DNA of 64,000 nucleotides, from the NCBI RefSeq assembly GCF_004010195.1, contig NC_057757.1, positions 9,170,815 to 9,234,814 of the forward strand, written 5' to 3'. The notes under the pieces are model-generated. The model was not told the DNA's origin. It ran no database searches and was given only the letters and a program-made list of their open reading frames with translations. Origin of the DNA: Chiloscyllium plagiosum (taxonomy: Eukaryota). Made by a program: the position numbers and the translations under genes. The stretch's first letter is position 1; each line of letters opens with the position of its first letter. Shown piece after piece: positions 1 through 11,634 of this stretch.

Positions 1-323
1 CTTATCCCAGATCCAACCCTCCAACTCAGCACTGCCCTCTTGAACTGTCCCACCTATCCATCTTCCTTCCCACCTATCCAGTCCTCCCTTCTCTCCGACC
101 TATCACCATCACTCCCCCACCTCCATCTACCTATCGCACTCTCAGCTATTTTCTCCCCAGCCCCATACCCCCTCCCATGTATCTCTCAGCCCCCGTGGGC
201 CTCCCAACATTCCTGATGAAGACATTGATGCTCCTGCTCCTCGGATACTGCCTGACCTGCTGTGCTTTTCCAGCACCACACTCTCAACTCTAATCGCCAG
301 CATCTGCAGTCCTCCTTTTCTCC
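1..323 (+). mobile_element. Penelope-like element 3' portion (family A), ribozyme core internally deleted
   Basis: Ends in the family A tail (CTCCTGCTCCTCGGAT.CTGCCTGACCTGCTGTGCTTTTCCAGC...CATCTGCAGTCCTC) shared by many copies in the window; ATTCCTGATGAAG at ~209-221 lacks stem II and GAAA. Confidence 0.7.
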
Positions 324-485
324 CAGATTTACCCCCCCAGTCAGGGTAGGATTTTCCTGTGGGTTTCCCGGCTTCCGAAACTTGGCCTATAGTGAGCATT
401 AGTAAGCTGAACTGCAGCTGTCACATGTGAGTGGGTAGCCTGCTCCCTCCTCTGGGTAAATGGCTTTGAGCAGAGAGAGAGAGCT

Positions 486-783
486 TAGATTAGATTCCTT
501 ACAATGTGGAAACAGGCCCTTCAGCCCAACAAGTCCACACTGACCCTCCAAAGAGTAACTCACGCAGATCCATTTTCCTCTGACTAATACACCTAACACT
601 ATGGGCAATTTAGCGTGGCCAATTCACCTGGTCTGCACATCTTTGGACTGTGGAAGGAAACCGGAGCAAATCCACACAGACACGGGGAGAATGTGCAAAC
701 TCCACGCAGACAGTTATCCAAGGCTGCAATTGAACCTGAGTCTCTGGTGCTGTGAGGCAGCAGTGATAACCACAGAGCCACTG
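486..783 (-). mobile_element. tRNA-derived V-SINE (HE1-like)
   Basis: Reverse complement has a tRNA-like head, the V-domain TGTGCGTGGAGTTTGCACATTCTCCCCGTGTCT and an (AATCT)n tail. Confidence 0.85.
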
Positions 784-1004
784 AGTGTGAGAGAGAGAGA
801 CTTAGGATTACCTGACAACTGAAAATTCCTCTCCCTCACCTTCCCCCACCCCACCCACCCCTGCCCCTATTAGTGGCTGAACATACAGTATTTTGCCTCT
901 GATTGCGAACGATGGTTCCTTCAAAGGTGACAGTGAGGAAGGCTAGTGAAGGAGGTGACAATAGTCTAACTACCAATGTTGAGAAAGGACAGAGTATTTT
1001 ATAA

Positions 1005-1150
1005 GGCAAAGTGAGGGCTGCAGATGCTGGAAATCAGAGTCTAGATCAGAGTGGTGCTGGAAAAGCACAACAGGTCAGGCAGCATCCGAGGGAGCAGGAG
1101 CATTGACATTTTGGGCAAAAGCCCTTCATCAGGAATCACACCACTCTAAT
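1005..1150 (-). mobile_element. Short Penelope-like insertion (family A) with CpG-decayed hammerhead motif
   Basis: Minus strand reads ATTCCTGATGAAGGGCTTTTGCCCAAAATGTC (GAAA changed to AAAA) followed by the family A tail. Confidence 0.75.
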
Positions 1151-1269
1151 CGAGAGTATTTTATGATGCCAGTAATTGAGATGTGGGGGGCAAAGAAGAT
1201 TACCTGACCGAGTCACAACGTTCCTATATCCCGTGATAAACTAGTCATTGGCTGGTTGACCCAATGAAA

Positions 1270-1680
1270 GCAGCAACAACAGTTTGCAATGATACAGCTC
1301 CTTCACTGTCATTAAACATGCCAATGCAATTCACAAAAGCATCATCTGCAAAATTTGACATCGAGTCATGTGAGGACAGATGAGTAAGCGAAAGCTTGAT
1401 CACAGAGCTAGGTTCTAAAGCGCGGTTTAAGGAAGGAAGGTGAGAGAGAGAGAGATGAAAGAGGCAAGTGGTCTAAGGAGGGAGTTGTACAACTTGGGAG
1501 CCAGGCACCTGAAGGCAAAGCCACCAGGGGTGGAGGGATTATTCTCTGAGATGTACAAGAGGGTCGTAGGGCTGGAGGGGGTTACAGAGATAAGGAGGGG
1601 GTATAGGGGCTGCGGGGAGTTACAGAGATAGGGAGGGGCTGGAGGAGGTTACAGAGATATGGAGGGGGTGTAGGGGGAAA
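1270..1680 (-). mobile_element. L2-like LINE 3' fragment ending in a G-rich ~37-bp tandem repeat
   Basis: Resembles vertebrate L2 3' region from memory; unit GGGCTGGAGGGGGTTACAGAGATAGGGAGG repeated about 3 times at 1565-1680. Confidence 0.5.
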
Positions 1681-1804
1681 AGCGAGGGGAAACACCTTCT
1701 GCACACCTTCCCCGTCAAGTCCCTTAAGAATCTTGAATGTTTCGATTCTTCTAAGTTCCAATGAGTAAGGCCCATCCTACTCAACCTCTCCTCCTTTAAC
1801 AGTC

Positions 1805-2042
1805 CATCCACATCCCATGGCTAATCCACCCAGCCTGCACATTCCTGGACAGCTTAGCATGGCCAATCCACCCTAACCTACACATCTTTGGACTGTGGGG
1901 GAAAACTAGAGCACCCGGAAACAACCCACACAGACACGGGGAGAATGTGCAAACTCCACACAGACAGTCACTTGAGGTGGGAATCGAAGCGGGGACCCTG
2001 GTGCTGTGAGAGAGTAGTGCTAACCACTGAGCCATCGTGCCA
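1805..2042 (-). mobile_element. V-SINE (HE1-like)
   Basis: Same head and V-domain as the other copies. Confidence 0.85.
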
Positions 2043-2289
2043 TCCTACTGAAAGGAGAGTGGGGAGGGGTCTTTTTTGAAATTCTGAGGCTGGGTAGCTG
2101 CCAAAAGGATGCTTTTCCGTGAACGAGGGGACCGAGATTAAAAATAAAAGGTTCCCCAATTATGACAGAGATGCAATGAAATCTTGTCTGGCCAAAAGTC
2201 ATTAGCCTTTAGAGTTCTCTCCCTCAGAGCACAGTAGGGGCGTCAGGACATTGGCTGTACTCAAAGCAAGGTGAGACAAATTTTTTTTA

Positions 2290-3047
2290 AGAATAGAATC
2301 CCTACAGTGCGGAAACAGCCCCTTCAACACAACAAGTCCACACCAACCCTCCGAAGAGTAACCTACCTGGACCTATTTCCCTCCCCTATTATCCTATAAT
2401 AAAACATGACTAATGCACCAACCTGCACATCCCTGAACACTATGGGGTAATTTAGCATGGCCAATCCACCCGAACCCACACATCCCTGAACACTGAGGGG
2501 TAATTTAGCATGGCCAATCCACCCTAATCTGCACATCCCTGAACACTGTGGGGTAATTTAGCATGGCCAATCCACCCTAACCCACACATCCCTGAACACT
2601 GTGGGGTAATTTAGCATTGCTAATCCACCCTAACCCACACATGCTTGAACACTATTGGCGATTTAGCATGGCCAATCCACCCTAACCTACACATCCCTGA
2701 ACACTGTGGGGTAATTTAGCATGGGCGGAGATGGGTACTGCAGATGCTGGCGATTAGAGTCAAGTTTAGGGTGGTGCTGGAAAAGCACAGCAGATCAGGC
2801 AGCATCCGAGGAGCAGGAAAATGTATGTTTCCGGCAAAATTCCTGAAGAAGGGCTTGACGGATATTTCCCACGGCCAATCCACCCTAACGTGCACATCTT
2901 TGGACTATGGGGGGGATCCAGAGCTCCCGGAGGAAACCCACGCAGACACGGGGAGAATGTGCAACCTCCACACAGACAGTCGCCCGAGGGTGGAATCGAA
3001 CCCGGGTCCCTGGCGCTGGGAGGCAGCAGTGCTAACCACTGAGCCAT
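2290..3047 (-). mobile_element. V-SINE with internal 53-bp tandem array (~2420-2725) and nested Penelope-like insertion (~2728-2858)
   Basis: SINE tail at 2290, about 6 array units, family A sequence with short inverted ATTCCTGAAGAAGGGCTT, then SINE body and head to 3047. Confidence 0.8.
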
Positions 3048-3109
3048 CAAAAGGACGACCAGGAAGTGGAGTTGAGGCCAGAACCTGGTCAGTCATGGTC
3101 TAACCGAAA

Positions 3110-3318
3110 GAATGATGTGGAGGAGCCGGTGTTGGACTGGGATGGGCAAAGTTTAAAATCACACACTGCCAGGTTATAGTCCAACAGGTTTAATTGGTTG
3201 ATTTGTGAAGTATTAGAGTTATTCTCCACAACCACCTGATGAAGGAGCAGCGCTCCGAAAGCCAGTGCTTCCAACCAAACCTGTCGGACTCTAACCTGGC
3301 GTTGTGTGATTTTTAACG
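3110..3318. mobile_element. Inverted-repeat Penelope-like insertion (family C)
   Basis: AAAATCACACACTGCCAGGTTATAGTCCAACAGGTTT (3155-3191) is the reverse complement of AAACCTGTCGGACTCTAACCTGGCGTTGTGTGATTTT (3277-3313); contains a hammerhead motif. Confidence 0.75.
3233..3267 (+). ncRNA. Minimal hammerhead ribozyme motif, U16.1 mutated to C
   Basis: CAC-CTGATGA-A-GGAGC-agc-GCTCC-GAAA-GC-CA-GTG: stem I CAC/GTG, perfect 5-bp stem II. Confidence 0.7.
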
Positions 3319-5200
3319 CGGTCACCCAGAGAAGCTGGTGGAGGCGGGGGGGAGGGGTGGTGCTGAGCGACCTCTGGCCGCCTGGTGGGTCTCCTTCCCT
3401 CGCTGCTGGCCAGTGGGACTCAGGCGGAGCTTCGGGGGAGTCACTTTACCGGCAAACGCCCCCACCCCCCCCCCCCTCCCCCCCTCGCTTCCCCCCCCCC
3501 CCCCCCCCCCCACCCTGCCGCCTTCCCCAGCACCACTCCCTCCCACACCCACACTCCCACCCCTCACCAACGACCTGTCGGATCGGGACATCTGAGAAAC
3601 CCTCAGGTGCAGGAGTGAGGGGCGCACAGTTAACCTGGAAGATAAGAGAGAGAGTGTGGAGGCAGCAGCATACTTGACTGGCTGTGCAGTTGCTGAGCGG
3701 TTGATTTGGAGCCAAAGTTGGTAGGCGGTTGGTGCCAACCAGGACTCCTTCGGTCCATCAGAGGAAGGGGGTCTGAAAAGAAAAGGCAAGAGAGGGAGAG
3801 AACTGAAAAAAGTAAGTAAAATAGAATCTTTCAAAATAACAACAGATTCCACACCCGTTCCCTCCCACCCCAAACACACCCCACTCCCAACTACCAACTC
3901 TACTTTGCTCCTCTTCAAGCCCACAACAAAGGGCACCACCAAAATGACTAGAGGCCCCACATGGAGCCTTTGATTGGGATTCACGGTGAACCACATCAAT
4001 GTTGACTCTTCCCTCATCTCCAGGGGCTCCGCCACGGAAACCGAGGCTGGCCAGCAGAGCCGAAACGGCCGCTCGTGCCTGACGGAGCTGCGCGCGCTGC
4101 CAAACCAGGCGCAAGGAATCAAACGCCGCCCCATTGACCGCCAAGGGCTGGCGCAAGGTGCCAAGGGCAATGTGACACAATCCAATTTCTCTCTCTTTTT
4201 TTTTTGCCATAGAAAGATCAGTGGATGGAGTCTGGAGAGCCCCCTCCCCTCCTCCTCTGAGGAGAACACGGCCTCAGGCAAAGGGTCGGCCGCCTCAAAC
4301 TCAGATGAGGAAGCTAACCTTCACTCCAAGGGCAGGGAATTCTCAACCCCAAAAGAGTTTACGGTTGCTCCATCTTTGACTGCGTGGGATTGGCCGACCT
4401 TTGCACTCCAACGGGAACCGAGGAACGTTGTGGGGGGTGGTGGGGGTCAGGTTCGGGAAACGGACTTGAGGTAGATCAACTCCGATCCCACTGAAGGGCA
4501 GAGCGGCGTGTTCATGATTAGTATCTCTGACCAAATGTTCACAGTGCCAGCTACATGATCCTCGTTAAACCACCCCCCCCCAGGTTCACTCATCTCCCGA
4601 GGGAAGGAAATCAGCTATCCTTCACCAGTCTCGGCTGGATCATGACTCCAGGCCCCCTCAGCGAATGTGGTTGACTCTGAAGAGCCCTCTGAAATGGCTG
4701 AGGGAGTCACTCGGATATGAATGCAAGAAGGTAGCTCACTGTCACCTTCTCAAGAACCAGAGATCTTTTTTATGAAGTACCCCTCATGGAATCTTGCTAC
4801 GTGCACGCAGACTGTCACAATGTCTTCCACTTTGATAATGACTGAAAGTATATGCAATCATACTCCACCCATCCTATGTGTGTCATAGCTTTGGCTATGT
4901 AATGCCTGGGGATGCCTTGTGACAGGAAAGAAGTTAGGAAAACCTAACTTTTTTTTAACCCTCCTCTCAGAAGGGGCTATTAGGGATGGGAAATAAATGC
5001 TGACCCAGCGAGTGACACCCGTCTCTCTAACGAGGTGGTGAAGAGTCTTTGGTGAGTTGGTTGCCGTAGGATTCCCACGTCGGCAATTCTCCGAGCTGAG
5101 GTTCGATTCAGAGCTGGTCGCGACCCTGGTTGGACAGATCGCAAGTTCGCCTGAGACGGTGGCAACCCTTTAATGCTCAGTGGGGGACAGGCCAAGAGGG

Positions 5201-5660
5201 CTGGTTGTGGGTTTGCTCGCTGAGCTGGAAGGCTCGTTTTCAGATGTTTCGTCAGCATACTAGGTAACATCTTCAGTGAGCCTCCGAATGAAGCACTGGT
5301 GGTGCAGTCCGCTTTCTATTTATGTATTTAGGTTTCCTTGGGTCGGTTATGTCATTTCCTGTGGTGACATCATTTCCTATGGTGATATAATTTCCTGTGA
5401 TGATGTCATTTCCTGTTATTTTCTCAGGGGTGGTAAATGGGATCCATAGGAAATGATGTCACCACAGGAACTGATGTCAACGACCCAAGGAAACTCAAAC
5501 ATATAAACAGAAGGCAGGGTACAGCCCCAGTGCTTCATTCGGAGACTCACTGAAGATGTTACCTAGTATGGTGACGAAACGTCTGAAAACGATCCTTCCA
5601 GCTCAACGAGCAAACCTACATCCAGAACCTCAACCTGAGCTACAAATCTTCCCAAAACTC
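5201..5660. mobile_element. Penelope-like element as inverted pseudo-LTR pair (family B)
   Basis: 5201-~5385 is the reverse complement of ~5446-5625; right arm has a 35-nt extension; internal ~20-bp tandem ATGTCATTTCCTGTGGTGAC x4; hammerhead motif in each arm. Confidence 0.85.
5547..5586 (+). ncRNA. Minimal type I hammerhead ribozyme motif, core intact
   Basis: TCA-CTGAAGA-T-GTTACC-tagtat-GGTGAC-GAAAC-GTC-TGA; stem I TCA/TGA, 6-bp stem II with one G-U, GUC triplet, predicted cut after 5583. Confidence 0.8.
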
Positions 5661-5784
5661 CCACACCAGTCACAGCTTAGGAGATGAAGAGGACTCTCTT
5701 TTTTCAGGACAATGGATTTTTGGGTAATTAAAGAGTTGAGGATTTTAGGGAATATCCTCATAACCTAAATGCACCTCAGTCGTA

Positions 5785-6430
5785 TTACCATCACTCAATC
5801 CTCCACTATCAGCATTCTGGGAGTTATCATTGACCAGAAGCTGAACTCTAGAGTTACAATATAAACACAGTCAGAGGCTGGGAATCCTGCAGTGAGTAAC
5901 TCACCTCCTGACTCCCCAAAGCCTGTACACTAGGCCCAAGTCAGGAGGGTGAGGGAATACTCCCCACTTGCCTAGATGGGGGCAGCTCCAACAACACTCA
6001 AGAAGCTCGATACCATCCAGGACAAAGCAGCCCCTTGATTGGCACAACATCCACAAACATCCACTCCCTCCACCACTGACGCTCAGTAGCAGCAATGTGT
6101 ACCATCTACAAGAGGCGCTGCAGAAATTCACCAAAGATCATCAGACAGCACCTTCCAAACCCACAACCACTTCCACCTAGAAGGACCAGGGCAGCAGCAG
6201 ATGCATGGGAACACCACCTCCTGCCAGGTCCCCTCCAAGCTACTCCCCATCCTGACTTGGAAATATTATCGCTGTTCCTTCAGTGTGGCGGGGTCAACAT
6301 CCTGAAATGCCCTCCCTAAAGACACTGTGGGTCTACCTACAGCACACAGACGACAGCTCACCACCACCTTCTCAAGAAGCAGTTAGGGATGGGAATTAAT
6401 GCTGACCTAGCAAGTGATACACATCTCTCA
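5785..6430 (+). mobile_element. Non-LTR retrotransposon 3' fragment (second LINE family)
   Basis: RT C-terminal-like remnants (ILGV.IDQKL, Y..QVR...EYSP..W) and tail CACCACCTTCTCAAG...TAGGGATGGG..TAATGCTG; related copies at ~11320-11500 and ~45540-46050 on minus. Confidence 0.65.
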
Positions 6431-6826
6431 TAAGTGACTTGCGGATGGTGAATAGTCCTTGGTGAGCTGTTTGCTGCAGAATTCCCAATCCCTGAGCTGG
6501 TCTGTAGCCCAAGGAGTGGATGTTGTGGATTCAGTGCACAGTTGGATGGATGAGACAATAAAACTCCTTGGAATCTGAGATTTGAAATGGAGAGAGATGA
6601 CTCTGAGGTAATGGATTCAGAATTCACTCCAGGGAGTATCGCAGTTTCAGATTTCCTAACCAAAGGTTTTGCCCCATAGTAGGGGAGGGGAAACCAGAGG
6701 GCATAGCTTTAAGCTGAGAAAGGAGAGACATATGAAAGAGTCCAGGGGTGGGGGCAACCTTTTTCGTACAGAGGGTGGTGAGTGGAACAGGAACAGGCTG
6801 TCAGAGATAGTGGTGGAAGCGAGTAC

Positions 6827-7582
6827 AATTTAGCGTGGCCAATCCACCCTAACCCACACATCCCTGAACACTATGGGGCAATTTAGCATGGCCAATCCAC
6901 CCTAACCAACACATCCCTGAATACTGTGGGGTAATTTAGCATGGCCAATCCACCCTAACCGACACATCCCTGAACACTATGGCGTAATTTAGCATGACCA
7001 ATCCACCTTAACCCACACATCCCTGAATACCAAGGGGCAATTTAGCATGACCAATCCACCCTAACCTACACATCCATGAATACCAAGGGGCAATTTAGCA
7101 CAGCCAATCCACCCTAACCCACACATCCCTGAACACTATGGGGCAATTTAGCACAGCCAACCCACCCTAACCTACACATCCCTGAACACTATGGGGCAAT
7201 TTAGCATGGCCAATCCACCCTAACCTACACATCCCTGAACACTATGGGGTAATTTAGCATGGCCAATCCACCCTACCCACACATCCCTGAACACTATGGG
7301 GTAATTTAGCATGGCCAATCCACCCTAACCTACACATCCCTGAACACTATGGGACAATTTAGCATGGCCAATCCACCCTACTCACACATCCCTGAACACT
7401 ATGGGGCAATTTAGCATGGCCAATCCACCCTAACCTACACATCTTTGGATTGTGGGAGGAAACTGGAGCATCTAGAGGGCACCCACGCAGACACGGGGAG
7501 AATGTGCGTCAGGCTGGATTCGAACCCGGGTCTCCCTTGGCCCTGGGAGGCAGCGGGTGCTAACCACTGAGCCACCGTGCCA
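6827..7582 (-). repeat. 53-bp minisatellite (~11-12 units) continuous with V-SINE body and head
   Basis: Unit AATTTAGCATGGCCAATCCACCCTAACCTACACATCCCTGAACACTATGGGGC repeated 6827-7445, then SINE 5' half. Confidence 0.9.
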
Positions 7583-7835
7583 CACTAGTAAAGGGCACGA
7601 TTTCCAAGTTTGTGAATGAAACCAAATTCAGGAGCATTGTGAACTGTGAAAAAAAACAATGCTCCACTTCCTAGTGACCTGGTAAGCTGGGAGAACGGGC
7701 AGACAGCACAAAGACAATAGTAGAAGCGGTTTGAGTTGTTTCATAGTTTCATAGGAATCGAAGCAGGAGTGGGCCATTCGGCCTGTCGTCTCAGCTCCTG
7801 CTCCATGCAATATCCCCATAACCCTTCATTCCCCT

Positions 7836-8476
7836 TGTCATAAAGCTGGTCTCCTTTTTTCGAAAATCTGTTCCTTTTCTCAAGGATACTGTGCCCTTGT
7901 TTCTTTCTCAGAGGGGTTGTAAACAGCTCCCGGTTCCGATTAGACTGGTACAGAGACTGACGAGTATTGAGAGGCCTTTCTGTTTATCTGTAAACAGATG
8001 AGAGTTCAGGCCAAAGTGGTCATGTTTTAGAAGTGACCTGTATAATGAAAGGGAAATGGTCAGCTCTCTAGCTGAGCAGGTCAGTGCAGAACTAGTTAGG
8101 GAGTTCAGTAGTGAGCTGTGTGGAAACAGGCTGGTAAAGTCTCTCTCTCTCCTTCTGCCCTTCTGACTTCAACCTGTAAGCATTTGTTCCATTTTTTACA
8201 TTTGTTAAAGGGGTTTGCTTATTGTGTATATTCGGAGCAGCATAATTAATTCTAGTTTGGATAGACTGAGTTCTGGAGGGGTTATTTATCCTGTTCGTTG
8301 TGTTCAATAGTGTAATTTTGAGAATAAATTTTTTTGTCTGTTTTAAAACCTGGTAGTCAACCTCGCTAACTTACTCCAGGTAATTTTCACTGCACACTTA
8401 CCGAGACAAACTGCAAAGTTATCATCTGGACTGCCTGCTTAAGAATGTTTTGAGTGGTCTGGCCCAGTCCATAACA
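7836..8476 (+). mobile_element. Solo LTR of a Gmr1-type Gypsy family, inserted in a CR1 3' fragment
   Basis: TGTCATAAAG...CCATAACA termini, AATAAA at ~8323; homologous along its length to the reverse complement of 59702-60353 (e.g. GGCCAAAGTGGTCATGT.TTAGAAGTGACCTGTATAATGAAAGG). Confidence 0.85.
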
Positions 8477-8739
8477 ACTTACCATGCAAATACCCATCCT
8501 ACTGTGTCTTGAATATATTTAACGAAGAGGTCTCGGTTGCTTTCTTGGGCAGAGAATTCCATGGATTCACTACTCTCCGGGAAAAGCAGTTCCTCCTCAT
8601 CTCTGTCCTAACTCTCCACCTCCTAATCTTGAGGCAATGTCCCCTCGTCTGAGTCTCACTCACCAGCAGAAACAACATGTCTGCCTCCATCTTACCTATC
8701 CCTTCCATAGTTTTATATGTTTCTATAAGAAATGTTTTA

Positions 8740-9000
8740 GGTGGCTCAGTGGTTAGCACTGCTGCCTCCCAGCGCCAGCGACCCGGGTTCGATTCCAGCC
8801 TTGGGTGACTGACTGTGTGGAGATTGCACACCCTCCCCATGTCTGTGTGGGTTTGCTCCGGTTTCCTCCCATAGTCTAAAGATGTGCAGGTTAGGGTGGA
8901 TTGGCTGTGCTAAATTGCCCATAGTGCTAGGTGCATGAGTAAGAGGATGGGTCTGGGTGTGGACCTTTTGGGCTGGGAGAGCCTGTTTCCATGCTGTAGG
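8740..9000 (+). mobile_element. V-SINE inserted in a minus-strand CR1 fragment (~8480-9155)
   Basis: GGTGGCTCAGTGGTTAGCACTGC head and GGTTCGATTCC B-box; flanks translate to CR1 ORF2 C-terminus (YRERLNRLGLFSLE, RVVNPWNSLP). Confidence 0.8.
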
Positions 9001-9714
9001 GAAAATACAGTCTGTTTACCCTATCCATGCCCCTCATGATTTTATAAACCTCTATAAGGCCACCCCTCAGCCTCCGAAGCTCCAGGGAAAACAGCCCCAG
9101 CCTGTTCAGCCTCTCCCTGTAGCTCAAATCCTCCGACCCTGGCAACATCCTTTTCTGAACCTTTTCAGATTTTTTCAACTGCTCATTTGGAGGGGAACTG
9201 ATGCAGGCACAATATGCTGAATGGGTTGCTTCCAGACTGCAGCAATCCTGTGCTAGGTTACAGCTGTACTGAACCCTGGCTAAACCATGCTCCCGAGTGA
9301 CTGTGAATGGTTCTCGGCTTCCATTGACCATTGGAGAGACACTCAAAGATGTGCTGTAAGTGTTACAGCAAAATACACAGGAACTGAGAGGTTCCGCAAA
9401 GCCGGAACAGGGTGGGGCTTGCTCCTGTACAGAAAGCGTAACCTGAGGGGTGCAATACCATGGCGTGTCATAAATTTATTGAGTACGTTAATAGGGCAGG
9501 TGGAGAGGGGAAGAAACAACATGGGGATCATCAATCCTCACAAATCCCATCAGGAATTCCAGAAAAAAAAACATCTCCACCCAGAGAGGGAGGAGAACAT
9601 GGGACTCACTTCCACAGGGAATGAGTGAGGGGAATGATATGGAAGGGGGAAGCTGGATAAATGCGCAAGGAAGAGAAGGAATAAGAGGATAGGCTAACGA
9701 GAGAAGATGTCAAG

Positions 9715-9808
9715 ATCGGGGAGTGGTGCTGGAAAAGCACAGCAGGTCAGGCAGCATCCGAGGAGCAGGAGAGTCGACGTTTCGGGCAAAAGCCCTTCAT
9801 CAGGAATT
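9715..9808 (-). ncRNA. Family A Penelope-like fragment with intact hammerhead core (9771-9808)
   Basis: Minus strand: TTC-CTGATGA-A-GGGC-tttt-GCCC-GAAAC-GTC-GAC. A more decayed copy lies at ~9990-10112. Confidence 0.75.
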
Positions 9809-10239
9809 AGGGAAGATTAAGAGGGGTTTGGAAGAGGTTTGCCTGGAGCAGGATACCAGCATTTGCCAGATGGGCTGAAAGGTCCATTTCCCTGTGCTGT
9901 ATAACTCAATGTAACTTTGAGAACCAGTAGAATGTGGAGGCCCAGTGCAAGTTGTGTGGAAGTTACTCTGGCAGTTATGTAGTCAGGCGGAAGTGGGTAC
10001 TGCAGATGCTGGAGATTGGAGTCAAGATTAGAGTGTTGCTGGAAAAGCACAGCAGGTCAGGCAGCATCCGAGGAGCAGGAGAGTCGACGTTTTGGGGAAA
10101 CGCCCTTCAGGAGGAACGAGGCTGGGTTATGTAGTTAACTTACTGCATGTCTGGGATCATGTTACAGGGCACCAGTAACAGAGAGTGGTAGTGCACTGTG
10201 ATGGGCTAGTTAATCACTGGGAGATGAGCTAATGCTGAC

Positions 10240-10745
10240 CTAGGGAGTGTTGCTGAACAAAGAGACCTTGGAGTGCAGGTTCATAGCTCCTCGAAAGTGG
10301 AGTCACAGGTAGATAGGATAGTGAAGAAGGCGTTTGGTATGCTTTCCTTTATTGGTCAGAGTATTGAGTACAGGAGTTGGGAGGTCATGTTGCGGCTGTA
10401 CAGGACATTGGTTAGGCCACTGTTGGAATATTGTGTGCAATTCTGGTCTCCTTCCTATCGGAAAGATGTTGTGAAACTTGAAAGNNNNNNNNNNNNNNNN
10501 NNNNNNNNNNNNNNNNNNNNNNNNNNNNNNNNNNNNNNNNNNNNNNNNNNNNNNNNNNNNNNNNNNNNNNNNNNNNTGGTACAATTGCAACATTTAAGAG
10601 GCATTTGGATGGGTATATGAATAGGAAGGGTTTGGAGGGATATGGGCCGGGTGCTGGCAGGTGGGACTAGATTGGGTTGGGATATCTGGTCGGCATGGAC
10701 GGGTTGGACCGAAGGGTCTGTTTCCGTGCTGTACATCTCTGTGAC
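10240..10745 (+). mobile_element. CR1/HER1 LINE 3' end (spans a gap)
   Basis: LYRTLVRPLLEYCVQFWSP motif and CR1 tail ending CTCTGTGACTCT. Confidence 0.9.
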
Positions 10746-11634
10746 TCTGTGATGGTGGGGTCATGTGATAGGTTAAGTGTAGTGTAGGGAACCAGTGTGG
10801 CAGACGATGATTTGTTCAGAAAGACAAAGCAAGCCAGCATGATTGGTTACGCTGATGTTATCCAGTAAGCGGTAACCAAAAAATTGTATCAACTGCAGTG
10901 AGACAAAGGATTGGGAGGCAATCAGGAAGCCTTTAGCTGACTGCCCACAGCCTTCCTTTTGCAAATTACAGCTTAACCTTGTGAGGGATTTTCTGGTAAT
11001 TTTTTACAGAATGTTGAGTGACTCTTCCACAACATTTGCAGGGAGGTATTGTGCCAATTCAGTGAGTGCAGCACCCATGGGACAAGCTGTATGAACAGTC
11101 CAACGTTGAACACATGCTGTGCCAGTACGGAGGGGGTGCTGCCCAGTCAGAGAAACCGCTTTTGGTTTGTGTGCTCGTGGGATGCCTACCTGAGCCAGGC
11201 GTTTATCGCACACCCCCTCAGTCCCCCTGGAGTGGTTGGTGGGTGAGCTGCCAACATGCACTCCACGTGGTGTAACTCGATCCCCTTAGAGAGGGAGCCG
11301 CAGGATTTCGACCCCCAATGTTAGTGAAGGAGCAGCGATATATTTCCAAGTCAGGGGGCAATTGCTTGGATAGGGTGGTGTTCCCATGTACCTTCTGCTC
11401 TTGTCTTTCTAGATGGGGGTGGCCGCGGGTTTGGAAGGGATCATCCTTGATGGAATTTTGCAGTTGGATCTTGTAGCTGGTACACACTGCTGCTACTGAG
11501 ACGGAGGCAGGGGACATTGAAGGAGGCAGAGGGGGGTGTCGATCAATCGGGGTACAGTCAAACTCCGACAACACTGCTGCACCTGTACAACAGCCTCCTC
11601 TGCAGAGCCAAGATGTACTCATCCCACTGAATTC

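Noticed and set aside
3322..4281. 319-aa minus-strand ORF
   Set aside because: No recognisable domain; runs through a G-tract and low-complexity sequence.
6827..7445. Interstitial telomere
   Set aside because: Only one CCCTAA per 53-bp unit; no (TTAGGG)n run.
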